Assembly (NCBI GenBank): GCA_946415245.1
Contig: CAMKRS010000008.1
Coordinates: 3,118-67,117 of the forward strand
DNA from: an uncultured Prevotella sp.
Lineage (GTDB): Bacteria; Bacteroidota; Bacteroidia; Bacteroidales; Bacteroidaceae
Reading direction: 5' to 3'
DNA: 64,000 nucleotides
Numbering within the stretch: the stretch's first letter is position 1; every line of letters starts with the position of its first letter. Under the pieces are notes generated by a model that was not told the origin of the DNA, ran no database searches, and saw only the letters and a program-made list of their open reading frames with translations. Positions 1-9,023 of the stretch are shown here, piece after piece. Both the position numbers and the translations under genes were made by a program.

Positions 1-93
1 GAAATCAGTCAGATAACCATAAAGAAGGAAGTCCCTTCAGAGGAAGTCCCTGCAGAGCAGGTCCCTACTGAGGAAACCGTTTCAGAAGAATGA
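1..93 (+). CDS. 3' end of an upstream gene with an acidic EEVPx-repeat tail; possibly lipoprotein signal peptidase
   Basis: Frame 1 is open (EISQITIKKEVPSEEVPAEQVPTEETVSEE*) and ends in an ATGA overlap with the next start. The lspA guess comes only from the usual Bacteroidales lspA-DUF4296 synteny. Confidence 0.5.
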   Translation, partial: EISQITIKKEVPSEEVPAEQVPTEETVSEE

Positions 94-1004
94 ACCTGCA
101 TCGTCATCATATCGTCATCCTGTTCCTAGTGCTTTTGGCAGCTTGTTCACCGAAAGTGCCGAAGGAGTATATACAGCCCGACGATATGGAGGACATCCTC
201 TACGACTATTTCCTGTCGCAGGGCATTGCCAAAGATGAAGATTTGGTCAACATTGATGGTTCTTCTCGTGCTCTGGAATACCGTCGTGAACTTTATTTCG
301 ATGCTGTGCTGAATAAATACGGTCTGACACGGGCCGACTTCGATTCCTCGCTCGTCTATTACTATACCCGTTCCGATCGTTTCCTGAAAATCTGGAAGAA
401 TGTTCAGGAGCGTCTGGGAGATGCTGCCATTGAATATGGAGCCTCTGCCGGTGAGGTGGAGACTTTCACCGCAAGCACGCTGACCGGCGACACTGCCAAC
501 ATCTGGAACAATGTCAGTTCTCAGTTGTTTATTCCCTATGCTCCCTATAACCGCATGCAGTATCAGGTGGTGGCCGATACTGCTTTCCGTAAAGGCGACA
601 GTTTCATGCTCACCTGGAATAGCAGCTTCCTCTACCAGAGCGGTTCTAAGGATGCTGTAGCCTATATGGCCATCCGTTATAAGAACGACAGCATTGCCTC
701 TGTCGTCACTCATTTCTCTGTCGACGGCCGCACTCAGCTCCGTATGGGTGGCTGTGACGAACCTGTCAAGGAGATAAAAGGATTTATCTATCTGGGTCAG
801 GGCTATGAGCCTAATTCCACGATGCGAATGCTCATTATCAGCGACATCCAGCTGATACGCTTCCACAAACCCGAGAAGGAAGACAAAGGCCCAGAGCCCC
901 AGACGTCGGTTACCGACTCTCTCTCTCAGGTGCCTGACTCCTTACGTCCCAAACATCACCGTCTTGGTGAACGACCGGATCATATTCAACCAATAACTCA
1001 ATAG
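90..1004 (+). CDS. DUF4296-family lipoprotein
   Basis: Lipobox LLAAC followed by the 'IQPDDMEDILYDY...KYGLTRADFDSSLVYY' pattern. Confidence 0.75.
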   Translation: MNLHRHHIVILFLVLLAACSPKVPKEYIQPDDMEDILYDYFLSQGIAKDEDLVNIDGSSRALEYRRELYFDAVLNKYGLTRADFDSSLVYYYTRSDRFLKIWKNVQERLGDAAIEYGASAGEVETFTASTLTGDTANIWNNVSSQLFIPYAPYNRMQYQVVADTAFRKGDSFMLTWNSSFLYQSGSKDAVAYMAIRYKNDSIASVVTHFSVDGRTQLRMGGCDEPVKEIKGFIYLGQGYEPNSTMRMLIISDIQLIRFHKPEKEDKGPEPQTSVTDSLSQVPDSLRPKHHRLGERPDHIQPITQ

Positions 1005-1008
1005 CGCT

Positions 1009-2337
1009 ATGAATGTAAAATTTCGTTTATCATTGATGAACTTCCTGGAGTTCGCAGTATGGGGTGCCTACCTCACATGCATGGGTAATTACCTGGGAAT
1101 CGCCGGTCTTGGCGACAAGATTTCCTGGTTCTATGCCATCCAGGGTATCGTGAGTATCTTTATGCCCACACTGATGGGTATTGTGGCCGATAAGTATATT
1201 CAGCCGCAGCGCTTGCTGGGCCTCTGCCATCTGGTGGCAGGTGCTTTCATGCTCGGCTGCTGGTGGTTAGGCAATGAGGCTGGGTTCGGACAGGAACTCT
1301 CCGATAAGACCTTGTTCATCGCCCTCTATACGTTGAGTGTGGCCTTCTTTATGCCGACCATTGCCCTGGCCAACACGGCGGCCTTCACGATTTTAAAGAA
1401 GAATAACTTGGATACCGTCAAGGATTTCCCACCTATCCGTGTACTGGGAACGGTCGGCTTCATTGCTACCATGTGGTTCGTCAACTGCGCCTTCATTGAT
1501 GACAGCGGTTTCGGTTTTACACTGGCTGAGAATTCCCATAAGTTCCAGTATACTTATATGCAGTTCTTTGTGTCTGGTCTGTTGAGCATCGTACTCTTTG
1601 CCTATTGCTTTACCTTGCCGGAGTGCAAGCTGGAGAAGAAGGAGGGCAACGTATCGCTGGCCGAAACACTTGGCCTCAATGCCTTCAAACTGTTCAAGCG
1701 TCGTCAGATGGCGCTGTTCTTTATCTTCTCGGCATTGCTGGGTATGTGCCTGCAGGTCACCAACGGCTTTGCCGGTCCATTCCTGACTAGTTTCAAAGGT
1801 ACGCCGGAGTTTGCAGACACGTTCGCTGCTAATAATGCCACCATGCTGACTTCTCTTTCTCAGATAAGTGAGGCATTGTGTATTCTGATGATTCCTTTCT
1901 TCCTGAAGCGTTTTGGTATCAAGGTGGTGATGCTCATGTCGCTCTTCGCTTGGGTGTTCCGCTTTGGTTTCTTCGGTATTGGCGATCCTGCCATGCCGGG
2001 CGTGCTGTTCTTCGTACTGTCGTGCGTCGTCTACGGTGTTGCTTTCGACTTCTTCAATGTGTCGGGCGGTATCTTTGTCGATCAGGAGTGCGAACCCAGT
2101 ATCAAAGCGTCGGCTCAGGGCTTGTTCATGATGATGACCAATGGTCTGGGTGCCACCATCGGAACCTTGGCAGCAGGTGAGATCGTGAATGCATATTGCC
2201 ATTGGGAAGGTGGTTACCTGGTTGGCGACTGGACCACATGCTGGTCTATCTTCGCTGGTTTTGCGCTGGTAATAGGCATCACCTTCGCCCTGGTCTTCAA
2301 GCCGGAAAAGAAACCCATAGAGACAATCACCCATTAA
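1009..2337 (+). CDS. MFS nucleoside:H+ symporter (NupG/XapB-like)
   Basis: About 12 TM segments; 'LSLMNFLEFAVWGAY', 'FPPIRVLGTVGFI', 'SQISEALCILMIPFFLKRFGIK'. Confidence 0.85.
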   Translation: MNVKFRLSLMNFLEFAVWGAYLTCMGNYLGIAGLGDKISWFYAIQGIVSIFMPTLMGIVADKYIQPQRLLGLCHLVAGAFMLGCWWLGNEAGFGQELSDKTLFIALYTLSVAFFMPTIALANTAAFTILKKNNLDTVKDFPPIRVLGTVGFIATMWFVNCAFIDDSGFGFTLAENSHKFQYTYMQFFVSGLLSIVLFAYCFTLPECKLEKKEGNVSLAETLGLNAFKLFKRRQMALFFIFSALLGMCLQVTNGFAGPFLTSFKGTPEFADTFAANNATMLTSLSQISEALCILMIPFFLKRFGIKVVMLMSLFAWVFRFGFFGIGDPAMPGVLFFVLSCVVYGVAFDFFNVSGGIFVDQECEPSIKASAQGLFMMMTNGLGATIGTLAAGEIVNAYCHWEGGYLVGDWTTCWSIFAGFALVIGITFALVFKPEKKPIETITH

Positions 2338-2356
2338 TAGCGGGTTACGATAGCGC

Positions 2357-3079
2357 ATGAAAGAAACAAGATTCTTCTACGTCCCCGATGCTGATCAGCA
2401 GCAAGAACTGCCTGCTGCAGAGGCCATGCACGCCATGCGGGTGCTGCGTCTGAAGAGTGGCGACGAGCTGTTCCTGATGGATGGGGTAGGCAACTATTAC
2501 CGGGCTGTCGTCACCATTGCTGCCACGCACAACTGCTACTATGAGATTGTCGAGCGTCTGCCGCAGACACCCCAGTGGCAGGGACATATTCATTTGGCGA
2601 TTGCCCCGACGAAGATGCTCGACCGTATCGAGTGGCTTGTCGAGAAGGCCACTGAGGTGGGTGTCGATGAGATATCCTTCTTCCACAGTCGCTTCTCCGA
2701 ACGCAAACTGCTGAAGACAGCACGTCTGGAGAAGATCGCTATCTCTGCCATGAAGCAGAGCCACAAGGCCTGGAAACCCGTTCTCCACGAGATGGTTACC
2801 TTCAAGGACTTCATCGCCCGTCCCGTTGAGGGCCGTAAATATATCGCTCACTGTTATGAGGAGATTCCCCGTATCAGCCTCTTCGACGAACTGCAGTCTG
2901 ACACCGTCGCTGCCGACCCCGTCACCGTAATGGTAGGTCCTGAGGGTGATTTCTCCATCGACGAGGTGAAGCAGGCGATTGCGGCTGGTTACCAGCCGGT
3001 ACATCTGGGTAACAGTCGTCTCCGTACCGAGACCGCTGGCCTGATGGCCGTCACAATGATGCAACTTTCAAAACAATAA
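2357..3079 (+). CDS. rsmE: 16S rRNA m3U1498 methyltransferase
   Basis: 'HAMRVLR', 'EKATEVGV', 'VGPEGDFS', 'LGNSRLRTETA' SPOUT motifs. Confidence 0.95.
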   Translation: MKETRFFYVPDADQQQELPAAEAMHAMRVLRLKSGDELFLMDGVGNYYRAVVTIAATHNCYYEIVERLPQTPQWQGHIHLAIAPTKMLDRIEWLVEKATEVGVDEISFFHSRFSERKLLKTARLEKIAISAMKQSHKAWKPVLHEMVTFKDFIARPVEGRKYIAHCYEEIPRISLFDELQSDTVAADPVTVMVGPEGDFSIDEVKQAIAAGYQPVHLGNSRLRTETAGLMAVTMMQLSKQ

Positions 3080-3082
3080 ATT

Positions 3083-4420
3083 ATGACTGACGAGAAAATC
3101 ATGTCAACCATCAAACCCGATGGTGAGTATTGGCAACCGGAATTAGAGACCATGCCAAGAGAGCAACTCCAGCAGTTGCAAGTTCAGAAACTCAAGAAGA
3201 GCATTGAGATTGCCCTGCAGTCGCCTTTCTACAAGAAGCGTCTGGGTGATGCAGGCATCACTGCCGACTCCATCAACAGCCTCGATGACCTTCGCAAGAT
3301 CCCCTTCACCACGAAGCAAGATCTGCGCGACAACTATCCTTTCGGCCTCGTAGGTGCCAATATGGACGATGCTGTCCGTATCCACTCTACCAGTGGTACC
3401 ACAGGCAACCCCTGTGTAGTGGTCTATTCCGAACACGATATTTGTTCCTGGGCTAATATGATTGCCCGTAATCTCTATATGGTAGGCTGTCGTAAGAGCG
3501 ATGTGTTCCAGAACTCCAGTGGCTATGGTATGTTTACTGGCGGTCTGGGCTTCCAGTATGGTGCCGAGTGGCTGGGTGCGATGACTGTTCCCGCTGCTGC
3601 TGGCAACTCCAAGCGTCAGATCAAGTTCATCAAGGACTTTGGTACCACCTGTCTGCACGCCATTCCCTCTTATGCCATCCGTCTGGCTGAGGTGTTCAGG
3701 GAGGAGGGAGTCGATCCCGCCTCTACTAAACTCCGCACCCTCTGCATCGGTGCCGAGCCCCATACCGAGGAACAGCGTCGCCGTATCGAGCGCATGCTGG
3801 GCGTGAAGGCCTACAACTCTTTCGGTATGACCGAGATGAACGGTCCTGGTGTCGCCTTCGAGTGTAAGTATCAGGACGGTATGCACCTCTGGGAGGACAA
3901 CTATATCGTGGAGATTGTCGACCCCGATACCCTCGAGCCCGTGCCAGATGGTGAGATGGGTGAGATGGTACTCACTACTCTCGACCGCAATATGATGCCT
4001 ATATTAAGGTATCGCACGCGTGACCTTACCCGTATTCTGCCCGGTGAGTGCAAGTGCGGACGTACCCATCGCCGTATCGACCGCATCAAAGGCCGTACCG
4101 ACGATATGTTCATCATCAAGGGTGTCAATGTCTTCCCGATGCAGGTTGAGAAGATCCTCGTGCAGTATCCAGGTCTGGGCAGCAACTATCTGATCACCCT
4201 CGAGACCATCGACGACAATGATGTGATGACGGTAGAGGTGGAACTCGACGGTCTGGAAACGGATATCTATCCCGAGATGCAGAAGATGACGAAGGACATC
4301 CAGCGTGCTCTGAAGGATGAGATCCTACTCACACCTCAGGTGAAACTCGTCAAGAAAGGCTCCTTGCCGCAGAGTGAGGGCAAGGCTGTACGTGTGCACG
4401 ACCTGCGTAACAACAAGTAA
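3083..4420 (+). CDS. paaK: Phenylacetate-CoA ligase
   Basis: 'STSGTTGNP', 'YGMFTGGLG', 'RYRTRD', 'GRTDDMFIIKGVNVFP', C-terminal 'GKAVRV'. Confidence 0.9.
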   Translation: MTDEKIMSTIKPDGEYWQPELETMPREQLQQLQVQKLKKSIEIALQSPFYKKRLGDAGITADSINSLDDLRKIPFTTKQDLRDNYPFGLVGANMDDAVRIHSTSGTTGNPCVVVYSEHDICSWANMIARNLYMVGCRKSDVFQNSSGYGMFTGGLGFQYGAEWLGAMTVPAAAGNSKRQIKFIKDFGTTCLHAIPSYAIRLAEVFREEGVDPASTKLRTLCIGAEPHTEEQRRRIERMLGVKAYNSFGMTEMNGPGVAFECKYQDGMHLWEDNYIVEIVDPDTLEPVPDGEMGEMVLTTLDRNMMPILRYRTRDLTRILPGECKCGRTHRRIDRIKGRTDDMFIIKGVNVFPMQVEKILVQYPGLGSNYLITLETIDDNDVMTVEVELDGLETDIYPEMQKMTKDIQRALKDEILLTPQVKLVKKGSLPQSEGKAVRVHDLRNNK

Positions 4421-4425
4421 GTCTG

Positions 4426-4998
4426 ATGATGTCGCTCAACCCTCTATGTCGGATCGTGCTGGCTGGTATTCTGTTTTTCGGAATACCAACCAGTCTGTCT
4501 GCTCAGGTCATCGACGAGTATGTCGATGAGAATGGTGATTCTGTATCGGTCGTCTTCGATGCTACCACGATGGATTACTGCTTCAGGCATATCCCTGACG
4601 ACGTGCTGCCGACCTTGTCGGAGAACAATCGCCTCGATATGCTCGATTTCATGGATTCGAAGATGAAGGCCGAGGTGACCAACCGTCTGGGAGGCAAGAG
4701 CGAGATGACGCTACTCACCGATACCACGCTGAGTATCCGGATGAGTGAAGCCCTCAAGGTTGACATGCTCCTGCTGAAATCCGGATCTTCGGAGTCTTCC
4801 AACAAAGAGATCATCTGTATGATCGAGACCTTCGGTCGCGACTCCCTGAGCCTCGAAAGCACAGTGCGTTTCTATACCACTTCGTGGCATCCACTATCGC
4901 AATCTCCCCAGCTCTCCGTGTCAGATCAGAACACAATATCGTCGAAAAAAGTGCTAACGATCCTTAAAAGGGATGAAGAAATTCTAAAAAAGAATTAA
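4426..4998 (+). CDS. DUF3256-family secreted protein
   Basis: Signal peptide LSA|Q; 'PDDVLPTLSENNRLDMLDFMDSKMKAEVTNRLGGKSEM'. Confidence 0.7.
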   Translation: MMSLNPLCRIVLAGILFFGIPTSLSAQVIDEYVDENGDSVSVVFDATTMDYCFRHIPDDVLPTLSENNRLDMLDFMDSKMKAEVTNRLGGKSEMTLLTDTTLSIRMSEALKVDMLLLKSGSSESSNKEIICMIETFGRDSLSLESTVRFYTTSWHPLSQSPQLSVSDQNTISSKKVLTILKRDEEILKKN

Positions 4999-5062
4999 AT
5001 TCTATCAAAAAGCACACGGCAAATGTCGAACCTTCTTTAGATTTTTCGTACATTTGCCGTGT

Positions 5063-5195
5063 GTTTTTCATGGTATTAGATTATTAAGGTTAAAAGAGAA
5101 TAGGCTATCGTGAGATAACCTATTTTCAACTCCGACGAAAAGTTTTTTTAGTAATCGGAGATGAAAAGGGAGCTTGGGAAAGTTCCCTTTTCTGT
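5063..5195 (+). ncRNA. Candidate intergenic sRNA (member of the GNRA-hairpin family described in findings)
   Basis: TACATTTG promoter at 5049-5056; TGTTTTTCAT and TTAAGGTTAA motifs; hairpin with GTGA loop at 5099-5124; terminator at 5163-5192. Confidence 0.45.
5163..5192. terminator. Bidirectional intrinsic terminator (proS and candidate sRNA)
   Basis: GAAAAGGGAGCTT-GGGA-AAGTTCCCTTTTC. Confidence 0.75.
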
Positions 5196-5207
5196 TTGTA
5201 TGTCGCT

Positions 5208-6689
5208 TTAATAGCTGCGGGCGATGATCACGCGGGCCTTCGAAGGCTTGCCGCTCACCATATCCACACCAGGTGTCTGCTCTACACCGAAGGGCACGCA
5301 ACGGATCGTAGCCTGTGTTTCCTCCTTGATCTTGGCCTCGGTCTCGGCAGTACCGTCCCAGTGGCAGAGGAAGAATCCGCCGTTCTTCACCTTCTCCTTG
5401 AACTCCTCGTAGTTGTCGCACTCGTAGATACGGCTGTCGCGATAGGCCTTGGCCTTCTCGAAGATATTCTTCTGGATATCCTCCAGCAGCTGCTCCACAT
5501 AGTCCACGATACCCTCCAGCGGACGGGTCTCTTTCTCCAGCGTGTCACGACGCATCACCTCGATGGTGCCGTTCTCCAGGTCACGGGCACCGAGCACCAG
5601 ACGTACGGGTACACCCTTCAACTCATAGTCGGCAAACTTAAAGCCAGGACGCTTGTTGTCGGCATCGTCAAATTTCACGCTGATACCCTTTGCGCGGAGT
5701 TTCTCCATCATCGGCAGCACCTCCTTGTTCACCTGCTCCATCTGCTCGGGCTTGGTGGCAATGGGGATGATCACCACCTGGATGGGTGCCAGCTTCGGCG
5801 GCAGCACCAGACCGTTGTCGTCAGAGTGGGTCATGATCAGCGCACCGATCAGTCGGGTAGACACACCCCACGAGGTGGCCCATACATATTCGGGTTTGTT
5901 GTCCTTGTTCAGATAGGTTACGTCGAAGGCCTTGGCGAAGTTCTGTCCCAGGAAGTGCGACGTACCACTCTGCAGGGCCTTACCATCCTGCATCATCGCC
6001 TCGATGGTGTAGGTGTCGAGGGCACCTGCGAAACGCTCGGTCTCGCTCTTCACACCTTGTACTACAGGCACGGCCATCCACTCTTCTGCAAACTTGGCAT
6101 ACACCTTTAGCATCTTCTTGGCTTCCTCCTCAGCCTCCTCGCGGGTGGCATGAGCAGTGTGGCCTTCCTGCCACAAGAATTCCGACGTGCGCAGGAACGG
6201 ACGGGTGCGCATCTCCCAGCGCATCACGTTACACCATTGGTTGCACATCAGAGGCAGGTCGCGCCACGACTGGATCCAGTTCTTATAGGTGTTCCAGATG
6301 ATGGTCTCTGAAGTAGGACGGATGATCAGCTCCTCCTCGAGCTTCGCAGCGGGGTCGACCACCACACCGCTCTTGTCCTCGGTAGCCTTCAGACGGTAGT
6401 GCGTCACCACGGCACACTCCTTGGCGAAACCTTCCACATGCTCAGCCTCGCGGCTCAGAAACGATTTCGGTATCAGCAGGGGGAAGTAGGCGTTCTGCGC
6501 ACCGGTCTCCTTGAACATCTTGTCCAGTTGCTGCTGCATCTTCTCCCAGATGGCATAGCCATAGGGTTTGATGACCATACATCCGCGCACGGCCGACTGT
6601 TCGGCCATATCGGCTTTGACCACCAGGTCGTTGTACCATTGGCTGTAATTATCAGCCCTTTTGGTTAAATCTTTTAATTCTTTTGCCAT
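5208..6689 (-). CDS. proS: Proline--tRNA ligase (eukaryote/archaea type)
   Basis: 'IRPTSET', '[14 protein letters not shown]', '[12 protein letters not shown]', 'SWGVSTR', C-terminal ARSY; start moved to ATG at 6689 (MAKELK). Confidence 0.97.
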   Translation of the reverse strand: MAKELKDLTKRADNYSQWYNDLVVKADMAEQSAVRGCMVIKPYGYAIWEKMQQQLDKMFKETGAQNAYFPLLIPKSFLSREAEHVEGFAKECAVVTHYRLKATEDKSGVVVDPAAKLEEELIIRPTSETIIWNTYKNWIQSWRDLPLMCNQWCNVMRWEMRTRPFLRTSEFLWQEGHTAHATREEAEEEAKKMLKVYAKFAEEWMAVPVVQGVKSETERFAGALDTYTIEAMMQDGKALQSGTSHFLGQNFAKAFDVTYLNKDNKPEYVWATSWGVSTRLIGALIMTHSDDNGLVLPPKLAPIQVVIIPIATKPEQMEQVNKEVLPMMEKLRAKGISVKFDDADNKRPGFKFADYELKGVPVRLVLGARDLENGTIEVMRRDTLEKETRPLEGIVDYVEQLLEDIQKNIFEKAKAYRDSRIYECDNYEEFKEKVKNGGFFLCHWDGTAETEAKIKEETQATIRCVPFGVEQTPGVDMVSGKPSKARVIIARSY

Positions 6690-6829
6690 TGTTTTTACCT
6701 TTGTTTTATAATTTGGGCACAAAAGTACTAAAAAAAGTTGGAAAAATGCACCATTTACGAATAAAAGAATTATCTTTGCAACGTAAAAGTGACTAAAACT
6801 TTATTTATTCATTAAAAATAGTAAGTATT

Positions 6830-7525
6830 ATGAAGAGTTTTAAGACAATTGCCGTTTCAATGTGTGCTGTCCTCGTGATGGCAGGTTGTAACAACATGCA
6901 GAAGGGTGCTGCCATCGGTGCAGGTGGTGGTGCGCTGCTCGGTGCTATTGTAGGTAAGATTGCCGGTAACACCGCTATCGGTGCTGCCGTTGGTGGAGCC
7001 GTAGGTGCTGGCGCCGGTGCTATTATCGGTAAGAAGATGGATAAGGCTAAGGCTGAGGCTGAGGCTGTGAAGAATGCCCAGGTAGAGTCTGTCACCGATG
7101 CCAACGGTCTGCAGGCCGTCAAGGTGACCTTCGACTCTGGTATTCTCTTCACCACTGGTAGTTCTACTCTGAGTTCTACCGCTAAGACCTCTCTGAGTCA
7201 GTTCTCTAACGTGTTGAAGAACAATGCCGACTGCGACGTAGCCGTTCAGGGCTATACCGACAATGCCGGTTGGAAGAACAGCACTGCCGCCCAGAGCCAG
7301 CAGAAGAACCTCGAGCTCTCTCAACAGCGTGCACAGGCCGTGACCAACTACCTGCTTTCACTCGGTGTGAGCAACAATCAGATCCGCAGCACCATGGGTT
7401 ATGGTGAGGACAACCCCGTTGCCGACAACTCTACCGCTGCAGGTAAGGCACAGAACCGTCGTGTAGAGGTTTACATGTACGCTTCACAGGCCATGATCCA
7501 GGCAGCTGAGCAGCAGGCTAACTAA
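6830..7525 (+). CDS. OmpA-family lipoprotein with glycine zipper
   Basis: Lipobox MAGC, GAAIG zipper, 'GYTD', 'LSQQRA', 'QNRRVE'. Confidence 0.92.
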   Translation: MKSFKTIAVSMCAVLVMAGCNNMQKGAAIGAGGGALLGAIVGKIAGNTAIGAAVGGAVGAGAGAIIGKKMDKAKAEAEAVKNAQVESVTDANGLQAVKVTFDSGILFTTGSSTLSSTAKTSLSQFSNVLKNNADCDVAVQGYTDNAGWKNSTAAQSQQKNLELSQQRAQAVTNYLLSLGVSNNQIRSTMGYGEDNPVADNSTAAGKAQNRRVEVYMYASQAMIQAAEQQAN

Positions 7526-7533
7526 GCCGCCTC

Positions 7534-8238
7534 TTGATGCACAAAATCATTCGTAAGCTACGCGTCACCATACGCTGGATACTGGCGGCCTTCTTCGGCT
7601 CCACTATTTTGGCGGTGGTGGCGCTTCGCTTTCTCCCCGTCTACTTCACGCCGCTGATGTTCATCCGTCTGGCACAGCAGGCGGGCGAGGGTAGGGAACT
7701 GAAGCTGAACCACCACTGGGTGCCGCTCCATGAGATATCACCCTCGATGCCCGTGGCCGTTATTGCTAGCGAGGATGCCAACTTCATGAACCATCACGGC
7801 TTCGACTATAAGGCCATCGAGCATGCCGCCAAGCGCAACAAGGAGCACCCCGAGAAACGCAAGCTCGGCGCCTCCACCATCTCGCAGCAAACGGCCAAGA
7901 ACGTGTTCCTCTGGCCGGGCCGCAGCTGGACGCGCAAAGGCTTTGAGGTCTACTTTACCGCCCTCGTTGAACTTCTCTGGCCCAAGGAGCGCATCATGGA
8001 GGTCTACCTCAATTCGATAGAGATGGGCGAAGGCATCTACGGCGTCGCGGCGGTGGCCGAAGAGCACTTCGGCATCCGGCCCAAAGATCTGAGCCCCAGC
8101 CAGTGCGCCCTCATCGCTGCCACACTGCCCAACCCGCGGCAGTACTCCAGCCGTCATCCCTCGGCGTATATGCAGAAACGCCAGGCACGTATATTAAAAG
8201 AAATGAAATTCGTCAAGTCATGGAAGAGTCAGGACTGA
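7534..8238 (+). CDS. mtgA: Monofunctional peptidoglycan transglycosylase
   Basis: 'ASEDANF..HHGFD', 'GASTISQQTAKNVFLW', 'RKGFE', 'KERIMEVYLN'. Confidence 0.93.
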   Translation: MMHKIIRKLRVTIRWILAAFFGSTILAVVALRFLPVYFTPLMFIRLAQQAGEGRELKLNHHWVPLHEISPSMPVAVIASEDANFMNHHGFDYKAIEHAAKRNKEHPEKRKLGASTISQQTAKNVFLWPGRSWTRKGFEVYFTALVELLWPKERIMEVYLNSIEMGEGIYGVAAVAEEHFGIRPKDLSPSQCALIAATLPNPRQYSSRHPSAYMQKRQARILKEMKFVKSWKSQD

Positions 8239-8894
8239 ACAGATACCTCGATGAGATAGGCCGCGAGTCGTTGCTCACGGCAGAAGAGGAGCGCACCCTT
8301 GCGCAGAAAATCAAGCAGGGCGACAGCCGTGCACTGAACCAGTTGATTGAGGCCAACCTCCGCTTTGTGGTCTCTATCGCCAACCAGTATAAAGGCCGTG
8401 GCCTGCAGATGGACGATCTCGTCAGCGAGGGCAATATCGGGCTGATGAAGGCGGCTTCGCGCTTCGATCCCGACCGCGGCACCCGCTTTGTCAATTTCGC
8501 TGTCGTCCACATCCGTCAGCAGATCGAGAAGGCCATCACCCACCAGACCGATCCCCCCAAGGGCATGCATCAGATGGCCACGTCGGTCGATGCCCCCCTG
8601 GGTCACCGTTCTAACATGAGCCTACTCTCCGTACTTGTCAACAAGGATGCGCCCATCGCCGACGAGCGGGTGCACTCCGAAACCATCGAGGCTGCCATCG
8701 ACAATGCCCTCACCACCCTCGACGAGCGTGAGAGCCGCGTCATCAACGCCTTTTTCGGCATCAACCAGGAGCACGAGACACTGGCTGAGATCGCCGAGGA
8801 TATGGACCTCAAGCGCGAGCGTGTCCGTCAGATCCGAGACAAGGCCGTGCGCAAACTACGTAAAGCTTACAAATTTAATTTGCAGAAAATATGA
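8220..8894 (+). CDS. RpoD/SigA-like sigma-70 paralogue, short form
   Basis: Region 1.2 'YLDEIGRESLLTAEEE', region 2 'ANLRFVVSIA..Y...DLVSEGNIGL..A..FDP', region 4 'RERVRQIRDKA'; start ATG at 8220. Confidence 0.88.
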   Translation: MEESGLNRYLDEIGRESLLTAEEERTLAQKIKQGDSRALNQLIEANLRFVVSIANQYKGRGLQMDDLVSEGNIGLMKAASRFDPDRGTRFVNFAVVHIRQQIEKAITHQTDPPKGMHQMATSVDAPLGHRSNMSLLSVLVNKDAPIADERVHSETIEAAIDNALTTLDERESRVINAFFGINQEHETLAEIAEDMDLKRERVRQIRDKAVRKLRKAYKFNLQKI

Positions 8895-8989
8895 AAAGAC
8901 AAGTATTACTGATCGTCGCTCTGATGCTGGTCGCTGCGGGTGCTGTGGCGCAGATACCGGCCAACGTGATGGATGTGCTGAATAAGTAA
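8891..8989 (+). pseudogene. 32-codon ORF that is little more than a signal peptide (truncated gene or secreted micropeptide)
   Basis: MKRQVLLIVALMLVAAGAVA|QIPANVMDVLNK*; ATGA overlap with the sigma factor stop. Confidence 0.55.
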
Positions 8990-9020
8990 GAATCCCCACT
9001 CAGCTCGAGTGGGGATTCTT
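8988..9020. terminator. Bidirectional terminator between the sigma operon and htpG
   Basis: AAGAATCCCCACTC-AGCTC-GAGTGGGGATTCTT. Confidence 0.85.
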
Positions 9021-9023
9021 GGT

